A stretch of DNA of 63,842 nucleotides, the filler included, from Albugo candida (Eukaryota), in the NCBI GenBank assembly GCA_040437565.1. It is 19 parts of 19 records of this genome, joined end to end, with 100 filler letters (N's around TTAATTAATTAA, not from the genome) between each part and the next. Parts side by side here need not be neighbours in the genome. Positions count along the whole stretch, not along the records: positions 1 to 3,365 come from JBDOQK010000221.1; positions 3,466 to 6,826 come from JBDOQK010000222.1; positions 6,927 to 10,271 come from JBDOQK010000223.1; 16 more parts are not named here. One strand, written 5' to 3'. The position numbers were made by a program, and so were the translations under genes. Shown here one piece after another: positions 1 to 10,371 of this stretch. The notes under the pieces are model-generated. The model was not told the origin of the DNA and made no database searches. It was given only the letters and a program-made list of their open reading frames with translations. Within the stretch, counting starts at the first letter, position 1, and each line of letters begins with the position of its first letter.

Positions 1-225
1 TTTTTTTTTGAAACAAGTTTATAACCCGAAACAGCACCATAGACAGGTTGTTATTTAGGTTAGAGTAAAGACAATTAAGCCTATAATGAATTACAGACAT
101 ATTTAAAGCTATTGTTTGTGAAAGAGAGAAAAAAATAACAACGACATAACATTAAACAGTTAAACAACATTATTTACAAACACATTCCCTTTTCGAAAAA
201 CCAAAAATATTATTTATTTATTTTT

Positions 226-1350
226 TTATTTCTTAGTACGCTTACTAGCTCTTGTTTTTCCTACCGACGCTGTTTTTTTGGTCCTTTTTTTATTACTTTC
301 ACGATTCTTACCCTTATTAGAGCTGCTTTCATTATTATTAGAGGGAGGCAACTCAGACTGCTCAAGCACAGGTGTTGAATCCCTATTCATAATACTACAT
401 AGTGTTAATAAATTTTAAAAGCTTCATCAGTTAAACATAACAACTTACGAGAAAGGCTCATCCTCAACAACTTCATTTTCAATTGGTGAAATAATAGGAG
501 GGCTATTAGCTACTTGTTCATCATTATCACTTGTTCCATCTTCTATATCATTAGTTCTTGTTGTGGAGGCGGAAGGATTGTTTGTTTCTTCTACATTCTC
601 TTCACCAGAATCGCCCTGTTTAGTTCCCCTAAATGCTTCAAACAACAAACGATCAGCACCCCACATTTCCACACAGTAATGAAGGTTGATCTTGCTTTGA
701 AATGCTTTTCCCTCCAATTGCATCATAAGGTTGTTCTTTAGTGAAGGGTGATTTTCTCCTAACTTATACCATGAAAAGCCCTTTAAGTTGGTGTTGTTGA
801 GAACAAAATCGCCATGAACTCGACTAGCAAGTACCTTCAAAGTTTTATATTTTTCAGCTATATCCTCGTCATTAATACTGCCAAGTTCAATTCCTTCCTC
901 TACACTTCGTAACACTTTCAACATAGCTTTGATACGATCTTTGTTAGATGGTGTTGCCGTGCTGTTAGTCTTTCTAGCTCCTTGAGGTACCTTTACAATA
1001 AAACGATCACCTCTCATGTTAGCATTAGCAATGGAAGCGGTTGCACTTTCTTGGGCTATTTAAATTTATATGAGTAAAAAGTAAAAGCTTCATATTGTTA
1101 TATATTTACCATCAGCAGCGGCTTCGTTGAGTGATTCATGTAAATTCTCACTCTCATCAATTCTTGGGAACAAAGGTGACAAAATCTTAATGAGCTGTTC
1201 TTGAGTTCTTTGAAGTTGATCGATCTTATTGTTCAACACACGAATTTGATGTTGATTCATTTCGTTCGAATTACTTTGTTCAACTACAGAGGTGTTACTT
1301 CTTCTCAATAAAGGGAGAGGTGTTGGGTTGTAGTTACTGTTATAAGACAT
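226..1350 (-). CDS. Transposon-associated hypothetical protein (family X), spliced, head-to-head with a CMC transposase
   Basis: ORFs 1090-1350 and 445-1017 plus a short Lys/Arg-rich last exon (...KTRASKRTKK*) are separated by AT-rich intron-like gaps. Core motif RIKAML...EKYKTL...W...LE...LHYCVEMWGADRLL is shared with 3466-3690 and 8251-9783. Confidence 0.7.
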
Positions 1351-1943
1351 ATTGTTTTTAAAAAGAAAATAAGATAAGTATATACGTAAAATAGTTTAAC
1401 GAAATTCAACAAACATGACCTTTTTATAATCAACAAATGACACCATGTTTCGGTTTTCTAATAAAAACAACGAGAGGAAAGTTAGTAATTAAAAAAGAAA
1501 AGAACTCAAAAAATCCAGGTGCGTAACAAATAAAAAATAAATTCCAGGTCAAGTAGTAGCATTGTTTGTTTGAACCCTAAAGTAAAAATTAAGGGACGTC
1601 AATTATTCTTTTGTTTGTTATATCGTAAACTCGATTATTACATAGCAGTCTGTGTTCACCTCGCATGATTTACTTGGTGAACATTTTTTTCAAGGTACAT
1701 ATCATATTAATGGTTGTATATTAATTGACAATTAAAGAACAAAATGCGCGCACAATTTCGGTACAAATATGTATACATTTTTTTTATCTCGCTTAATAGC
1801 AATTGTTTCCCTCGTATAATTATACCAACAATTCAACAATTCAACAGATATGAGTATATAAAGAGGAACTTCTACTTTTTTTACTTTTTTTTACTTCTTT
1901 ATTATTTCATTTTATTTTATTACTTATTAAATATATTACTTAC

Positions 1944-3365
1944 ATGCCTAAATCCAGAGTAGAAAGATATTCTTGTCAACGTGGTTGCCAGTTACGTTTT
2001 AACACAATAAAGCAACGCACAAATCATTATAGAAATAACCATGTCAATTTTTGTAACACAACATCCTCACAAGTAGTTGATAATGTAGATGATATTGTAG
2101 ATGATATTGTAGATGATGTTGTAGATATCTATGAAGATAATTGTAAGTATTCTATATCATAATTATAACAATACCAAATCTTATTAACGCTTTATTTCAA
2201 GCTACTTATCACAACCAAACAGAGCCTCTCTTATTCAATGTGTCTTCATCTGAGGTCGACATGTTCACCAAATCCGAGTTATATACTATGGTGTTTCAAA
2301 ATACAATCGACACATACGGTGTACCAAGAGAAGCAACAAGAGAATTTGTACGTCTAAACAACTCAATTGCTCAAGATAATCTCAAAGCCAATAATGTTCC
2401 TTTGGGTAAATATTTTCATTTGTAGTATTTGAGAATACAGTATTAACTTTTTCTTGTTACATAGATAATATTTCCAGCTCCTTGAAATTTTTAGACACTA
2501 TGAGTAACGCAATGAACAAGAAAACACCAATTCGAACAATCACTTACGAAATCTGCAAAAAGGGCTGTATGCTTTACCAGGAGAACGATACTACCACCAC
2601 CCATTGCTTGAATACAGAATGCAAGGAACCAAGATTTAAAAGTAATGGCGAAGCTCAACGAAAGATGCAAATGTTAACTGTCGGTCAGCAGATTTCAGCA
2701 ATGTTAGCTAATCCACAAACCAGGGACTTGATGAGATACCGTTCACAATACCAGTCGCAACCCAACGTGTACCAGGACTACTTTGACGGTGAATGCTATA
2801 AGGAGTATCAAAGCCAAGGATTATTTGCCGGTGATGATGATGTAGCTCTTGCCATGTTTGTCGACGGTTTCACAGCAACTAAGAGTGTCAAAAGCCCAAA
2901 GCTCCATATTGTACATTTTCTCAACTTGAATCTGCCACCAAGTATTCGTTATCAAGACAACTATACTTTTCAAGTTTGTGTAGTTCCAGGTCCCAACAAC
3001 CCTAAAAGCCTTATGGACACATTTCTTCAACCTATAGTAGAAGAATTGAAGCAACTTGCTACTGCTGGTATGGTGGTAACTGCTAATGGTGAATTTGTTT
3101 GTGAAGCAAAGGTACATTTGGTCATGGCCACTGGAGATTTGCCTGCCTCTATTGAACTCTGTCATCAAAAGACATATTCTGCTACATATGGTTGCCGCAT
3201 CTGTTCCACTAAGACTACAAAAGTAGATCACCATACTTGCTTTCTTGAAGGTCTTCAGCAACTTGAGATTAGAGATATTAATCAATTCAAACAACCTGAA
3301 TTATTTTGTCAATTACCTTCTTTCAATGGTCCTGCCTTTTTTGGTCTTGATGAAATGCACTTACT
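1944..3365 (+). CDS. CMC/CACTA (EnSpm-like, Transposase_21-type) DDE transposase, 3' truncated by contig end
   Basis: Removing GT-AG introns 2143-2201 and 2406-2464 (59 nt each) gives one frame. Motifs: N-terminal C2H2-like CQRGC..F..H..H, YEICKKGC, YQDYFDG, LAMFVDGF, NLNLPPSIRY, PGPNNPK, FLQPIVEELKQL, GDLPA, YGCRIC, LDEMHL. Confidence 0.9.
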
Positions 3366-3465
3366 NNNNNNNNNNNNNNNNNNNNNNNNNNNNNNNNNNN
3401 NNNNNNNNNTTAATTAATTAANNNNNNNNNNNNNNNNNNNNNNNNNNNNNNNNNNNNNNNNNNNN

Positions 3466-3690
3466 TCGAGAATCAACGAGTATTTCAACTTCACTTCTTT
3501 TGAAACTTCAGACCAAGGACACAAATAGTTGGTATCGTTGTTTACTTTCTTCAAATACAGAAGCATTTCATCATGTACCATTTTTGCCATCTGTTGCAAC
3601 GATTTGTATTCCATGTTTACCTTGTCTTCCAGATCATCTCCTAAGTAATTGCTTCTTTGTTTAAAATATGTCAACATGGCAAGAATTCTC
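3466..3690 (-). CDS. Fragment of family X accessory protein, head-to-head with the KDZ transposase
   Basis: RILAMLTYF...EYKSLQQMAKMVHDEMLL...PWSEVSKEVKLKYSLIL aligns by eye with both other family X proteins. The 3' end is cut by the contig and the 5' exon is unresolved (in-frame stop just upstream). Confidence 0.6.
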
Positions 3691-4116
3691 AGCCCCCTTC
3701 AACAAATACACAAAAAAAATATCTAAGTAGTGAAAATTCTCCGCTTGTAAGGCTTATCATTTTTATAAGTTTAAGCTTGTGATTGGAAGTTTGAGGAGTA
3801 TTCACTAAATGATAAAAAGTTGAAATACCGATAACCTCATTGATACGCTCTTATACAGCTTTATATCATAATAAATCAATACTAAACACATTATAGAGTA
3901 TAGTTATATTATTTATGGCTTTAAATTTTCAAAATGGTTGAAAAATGACGAATCAACTATGAGTTAAAATTTCCCCTGGGGAAAGAACCTACTTTGAAAA
4001 AATTCGAAAAGAGTAAATTTTGTGAAACGTTCCCAAATTTAAATATTTTTTCGCTAAGTCTCGTATTCATTACTCTTTTCCAATTTTTCTTATATAAAAA
4101 ATTTTACTTGTGCAAA

Positions 4117-6826
4117 ATGCAAACTGCTAAAACCTGGAAACGTAATAGACGCGATATCAACCCTCCCAGCGAGCATAGTACCCATTCCCAAGAAAATTGC
4201 GCCATCTCTCAACATTCTCACGATGAAGAACCAGCTAGATCTCGCCCTAGACACCAACTACTTCTCAGCAACACACCCTTCGACGCTTATTACGAACCTG
4301 AATTTGGTGGTTCAAATGATGATGTAGATCCAGTTGCAATTGAAATTGCTACTCAAAAGTGTAGCTGGAATCAAGTTCTTCCAACTTTGGTTGAACCATA
4401 TTTGGACTTCGTCGGCCGAGCTGGAATCCCCTTACCCATTCCTCATAAAAAGTGCACTGATTGCGACATCATCCGTACCGATTTGAGATGCAAGAAGGGC
4501 TGCACACCTATCGAATTTGTTTGCAACAATGGATGTGCACTAACTGAATTTCGAGAAATGAAGTTCTATGAACTTCATGGTAAGCAGACAAATTATAAAT
4601 ACATGTAAAACTGTCATTCCTAATACTACATTTTAGGTGTTGTAGTTCAAACATTCTTGTATTGCAATTGTGTAAGCTTGGTTCAAGCATTGATGAGAGT
4701 GGGCATGTTTCCCGTCTCTCCTAAATTTCCAAGATCTGCGGTAAGTCTTGGAGTACTTAACTTCCTGACAGTTATCAGGGACAACGGTGCCATCTCTGGG
4801 GAAGGATTGGCAAACATTTATAACGCCTTGGTGAGCGGTTGCAGCTCCAACGTATGTAATTTATTATTTCCATCGACTTTTGTACTAACGTAACTTTTTT
4901 GCTATCAATTAGAACCTGCTCAATGCTGGTGTTTGCCGCAACATTATCTACTATCATAGTAAGTTAATGTTGTTGGTGGAGAAACGCCTTCGTGATGAAA
5001 CTGAGGCCGCTCTCACCAGCTTTGAGTGCCCAGCCTGCCCCAAGGTAGTTATTCTAGTTAACATAATAAAAGCTTAAGTTGTTCACAGTTTATTGATAGG
5101 TTGGATACTCAAACCTCACCGCAAACAATATGCAGATTATCAACGGTGATGGTAACTTCAACCATAAGTGCAAGTTTGGTCCCGATCTTCTTGAAGAAAA
5201 CTTGGTGACTGAAGAGGAAGAGGAGGTTTGGGTAAGCCCCGAAAGCGTCAAGAAGTTTGAGAAAAACCAAATCTCCAAAGAGGTACCTATACACTATTGA
5301 ACATAATATGTATGCTTAAGTATGTGCAATTAACTTTAATAATAGGACCTAAATGGAGAGAACCATCACCGTGCAGCAGGCCATAGAGAAAATGTCAAGT
5401 CTCGCATGTATCCCATTACAGGCATCTTTGGGGCTGCATGCGCTCGCCATGGTACCATCCATAAGGTGGTAGATATGGAAACTGGCGAGGGGTAAGCTCC
5501 TATTCTACAATTACTTTGTTACAATATAGATTATACTAAGCACACTATCTTAAATAGCTCCAAGTATATTTTGGCTGTACTGCATGAGATGTTTGGTGGG
5601 CAATCGCCTATTGGTAGACCCAAAACTGGCGTCATGTACGATATCGTCTGTGTCGTTAAGAACTCATTGAAGGTACGAGACGTTTTATTTTAGCGATCAA
5701 TACATTCATAGTATTTTAACCATCTACATAGAAACATTTTCCTCAGTTCATGGGCGAACCGGGGCATAGGGAAGAAGATGCCTGGGTGTTGGCAGTTCCT
5801 GTGTTTCATGCATTTGCACATGTAATGCATTGCCAGGCTGCCTTCAACCCAGCTTACACCAATGTCGTTGGAAACGTAGACGGTGAAGGTATGGAGAGAT
5901 TTTGGTCGGATATGGCTTCTTTGATTCGTATGACAAGAAATATGTCGCATGCCAACAGAAGAATGGTATGGACAAAAGCAATGTTGTTTTTCAACAAGAA
6001 AAAGAAGAACATCATGGGTAATGTGTTGAATGCAAAAAGAGATGCAATATTGTAGTGCTAAAATTCGTAATATAATATGTAATTTATAGGAGAATTTCTT
6101 GGAAAAAGGTTCCAAACCACGACCAATGCTTTGGTTGAAGCTAATTGGGCCTTAGAGTCTCCTTTGGTATCTGAGAGTAGCCTTGAAGATACTTGGTCAG
6201 ACTTTTTACAAAGAATGCTGGCTAGGTCTTCTTCTGGCAGTAACTGGTTTGACATCCCTGAGGAGCTTGAGCTGAAGGTGAAGTACCACTTCTTGGCCGC
6301 TTATGAAAAGTTTTTCACGTACGTACTCAATTGAATATAGGTATTATTTGACTAACTGTCGTTTTTCGTTACTCAGTGAACAACAGCTGTCTGAAGAAAG
6401 GTTTGAAGGAAGAACTTACTTCACCTCAGGTGTAAAAGCCATCCAAGAGGAAAAGGATGCGATTCTGAAATTGGTACTAGAGGCAGACAGTGATTTTGAT
6501 CCTACTCCTGTAGATCTTAGCGCTGCTGTTTTCACTGCAGAAGAACTGCGCCAATTAAAGAAACGTATTGTCGTAGGTTGCGTCAAGATGTTGATGGTCT
6601 TGTACAAGAAAATGGACAAAAAGCAAAAAGAGGGTCGTATTGGTAATGTATAAATTTTATTGTGTTGGTTGTATTATTCTTAATACTTTACACCTTTGGT
6701 AATTTTTTCTGTAGGTAGTAGAAACATTGGCAAGTACAAGGAATCCTTGGCTAAATACGCAGACAAGATTAACGAGTTGCTCAAGTTGTATAATACCACT
6801 CTTGTTGCTATTGCTGGTAACTATAT
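4117..6826 (+). CDS. Kyakuja-Dileera-Zisupton (KDZ) transposase with N-terminal CxC-type cysteine cluster, 3' truncated
   Basis: About nine short GT-AG introns (first 4580-4636, last about 6643-6714) join exons encoding YCNC...LMRVGMFPVSPKFPRSAVS, ECPACP, NGDGNF, GAACARHG, DMETGE, MYDIVC, VPVFHAFAHVMHCQAAFNP and GNVDGEGMERFWS. These are the canonical KDZ motifs. TATA-like TATATAAAAA at 4091. Confidence 0.92.
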
Positions 6827-8250
6827 NNNNNNNNNNNNNNNNNNNNNNNNNNNNNNNNNNNNNNNNNNNNTTAATTAATTAANNNNNNNNNNNNNNNNNN
6901 NNNNNNNNNNNNNNNNNNNNNNNNNNGTGATGTACGTTTGATAAGGTGTTGTAAGGGAGTTGAGCATTTGAACGTTCCCATCCGTTAAATTTACGACGTA
7001 TTTGAGCATTCAGATGCTCATCTGTGCCGTATGTATTACTGCCATATGCTCAGATGTTGAAATCCGTCTTACGCGTATAAACGTTAAAATCACACTTATG
7101 TTGACTGAAAACAACTCCCATACGTTTTGATTTAAGTATATTTGAACGTATTTCAGCATTTATAATTTTTAAAATGGTCTCATGCGCGAATATATGCTTG
7201 TATATATTAATTTGGGTTTTAGGTTCAACGAATGATATAATTGCATTTAAAGAATGAGACGAATAGAAATACAGATATTATTATTAGATTTAGTCAAAAT
7301 ATATGGCTTTTATTGAAAAAAATAGCATTAAATTTGCTAGGGTACATATGCTTGACTATATATATATATATATTATGAAATAAAATAAAATAACATAATT
7401 GTTTAAAGATAATGAAGAAACATAGTCAAAATATATTCTATAGTAAAGGGCTTGTAACACATGAGAGCAATAGAAGAGGTCGACCGAAGAAAGTTTTATG
7501 TTATGGCAGCCAGGGATTAATAATTTATTCTAATACACTCCAACCTATTAAGAATACTATAATGCATTAGCAAAGAATGAAAAAAATATATCACATCAAT
7601 TTATACCGCGGTAGTCTTACAAGAAATAGACGTGAAGAGAGAGAGAGCCTTGTTAAGTAACCTATTAAAAAAAGTGAAGATTATTAGTTGTTGAGATGCA
7701 GCGATGAAGTTAAATGAGGTTACCAAGTTAAACGACGAACTTGTTGTGGGTATAATAAGCACTACCTAAGAGTATACACATAAGTTAGAATACTAAGATT
7801 TGAGATGTGAGAGAGTTCTTTATTTACCATTTCGAAATGAGGTAAAGAGGAGAAAGTAAACACAAAAGTAACCAAGATGGTCTTGACATGCAGCACCGAG
7901 ATCACTAAAAGCAACAATAGACAAAGACAAGGGTAAGTTATATAAATATTTACCATGAATTAAACCGTCAGACAAGAGAAAATAGCCCGCATAGGAATGC
8001 TAGACGCCAGAAAAGTTAAACATAATATAATGGAAGGGGAATTATTTTTTTGAAAAAATTGTTTATTTAAAAAAAAGCGAGAAAAAAAACCCTATGGGAA
8101 GTGGTTGAAAGAGAAAAGAAAAAAGATAAAAAGAGGTAAAAAAAAAGAAAAGCTTTTATGCTTTTTCAAAAAAAAACGGTCCTACAAAAAAAAAAGATGT
8201 TTAGATTAGTTTTAGCTGAAAAAAGAGATGACTATATTTAGACTTACAAT

Positions 8251-9783
8251 TTATTTTTTTGAGCGGGTTCTTTTGGCGGCAGGCTCTTTACCCTTTCCCT
8301 TGTCTTTAGAAGAACCACCAGCAGATTTCTTTCCACCAGAAGAAGTAGGCTCTTTCCCCTTTCCCTTCTTGTCTTTTGTAGAGCCAGCACCAGTAGCAAC
8401 AGAGTCATCAGCACGCTCTTTGCCTTTACGAGACCCCTTTGAAGAAGCAGCAGCAGCGTCCAAGAAAACTTTTTCTGCTGGAGTAAGCAAAGGTGAGGAG
8501 GGGGGAGATATTTCTTCAATATCTTCATCACCAATACTTACCTGACCCCCCCTCAATTCACTTACCAAATCCTCGTCATCATCACTGCTATCAGAGGCCA
8601 CATGAACAACTTTTCTTTTACTACTGGCACTAGTAGAGCTTTCACCTCTACAGAAAGAAGAAGGTACAAGGTTCTATCAAAAGTAAAATAAAATTAGCTC
8701 ATTTTTTATATTTGATATACATATATAAAATTACCTGGACAGGTGGTGTTCTTTGACTAGGAGCACGAGACTTGCTATTTCTTAAAATAGCAGTCAAGAA
8801 GAAGTTCACCGCATAGAACTTTTCAGTACAAAAAAGAGGGAGACCAGCACGCATTGCCGAAAGGCTTCTTTCAACATAATCTTCTACTAAAAGACTGTAG
8901 GAGTCACGAGTAGATCTACTCAAGTCAGACCAATTGGGAACAGAGTCTCTACCAGCTAAAATTTGTACATCCACAAATCTTCTTATAGCAGCATAGGTAA
9001 GATCATACCTTTCGTTCAAAATATTTTCAACGTCCTCTTCGCCATTTTCATTCAACAATTTGACACCCATTTTTTTGTAGTACAATTCCATTACACTCAA
9101 GAGGGCTTTCTTTCCATTTAAATCACTAGGAGCGTCACTTCTTGAAAAATCTCTTGTACCATGAGCAAAAGGTTGGCTATACACCGCATTCAATTTCTCT
9201 TCAGTTCCATAATAACTCATAATAGTTGCATAAGTTTGCTCAGAAGAGTGATCTTCAATTTCCAAAGCTAAAATATAATTACAAAAATAATTAAAAAGTG
9301 TGTTCGTCGTATATGAAAATATAATAACTTACGTCTATTTCTTTGGGATCCTAATCCAGCACGACCTTGTTCACCAATAGCTTCAATGACGGCTGCCTTA
9401 ATCAAAGTAGACAATTCAGGTTTCATAGCTTCGAGAATAAATCTGTAAAGCACCGTGAGATCTTGATTGTTGTCTTGACCTTGTTGTTGTTGTTGCTGTT
9501 GTTGACCACTATTGGTGATACTGGCAAAAGACAAAGGCACAAAAGGAGGAGCATTACCAGAAGAACCACTATTGTTGGCAGAAGAGTTGCTGTTGTTAAT
9601 GATGGTACTATTCAATACCGAATCAAAAAAGTCATCATTACTTTGACTAAAGTCTTGGGTATCAGCCAAAGGAGACAAATAAGAATTCATATTGCCGTCA
9701 GAATCATTGAAGCTGTTGCTATTAGGAGCAATGTCAGAAGGAAGGTTGTTGTTGTTGTTGTTGTTGTTGTCGTTGTTAAGCAT
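8251..9783 (-). CDS. Family X accessory protein, apparently complete (3 exons)
   Basis: ORFs 9268-9783, 8699-9265 and 8251-8601 are separated by intron-like segments. N/Q-rich N-terminus, core NERYDL...NWSDLSRSTRDSYSLLVE...GLPLFCTEKFYA, basic KGKGKE-repeat C-terminus ending KRTRSKK. Confidence 0.75.
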
Positions 9784-10371
9784 TTTAAAGTGTTATAAAT
9801 TTGACGTGAAAGAGAAAGATAATAATGATACAAAAAAAAGAGAAAATTAGCGTCCTTAAATACTTTTTATTTTGAAAAAAAAATTATACATTCACCTTTT
9901 TTGAATGGGGACCGACATTGACTAATCACAAAGTAGCTGATCTTGGGAAAACGGGCAATTTTTCTAAAGAGGAAATACGTCAAAGAAGGCTTTGTCTCTC
10001 TTTTTTTTTTTTTTTTTTTTTTTTTTGTGTCGAGAAAGGTTGAGTTGAAAAAAAAACTAATTTTAGCCTCAGTGTTGTGCCACACTATAAAAAAGACGTA
10101 ATACTTAGTAATATGAATTTGTAGGAATAAATACATCATTATCTTACATTATTTCTATAGATATGTATTTTACTGTTGATATAGCTTCTTCAATAGTAAT
10201 CATTGTATATATCCATTCTTTTGAAAGCATTAGAAGTTTTGTCGAGAAGTAATTTCAAGGTTGCATATTTTNNNNNNNNNNNNNNNNNNNNNNNNNNNNN
10301 NNNNNNNNNNNNNNNTTAATTAATTAANNNNNNNNNNNNNNNNNNNNNNNNNNNNNNNNNNNNNNNNNNNN

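Noticed and set aside
3410-3421. Regularly spaced TTAATTAATTAA palindrome about every 3.3 kb, superficially like a repeat-spacer array
   Set aside because: Always embedded in N44 runs. It is an assembly linker with six-frame stops, not biology.
8228-9798. Plus-strand ORFs 8228-8545 and 9367-9798
   Set aside because: Antisense shadows of low-complexity exons of the minus-strand family X gene.
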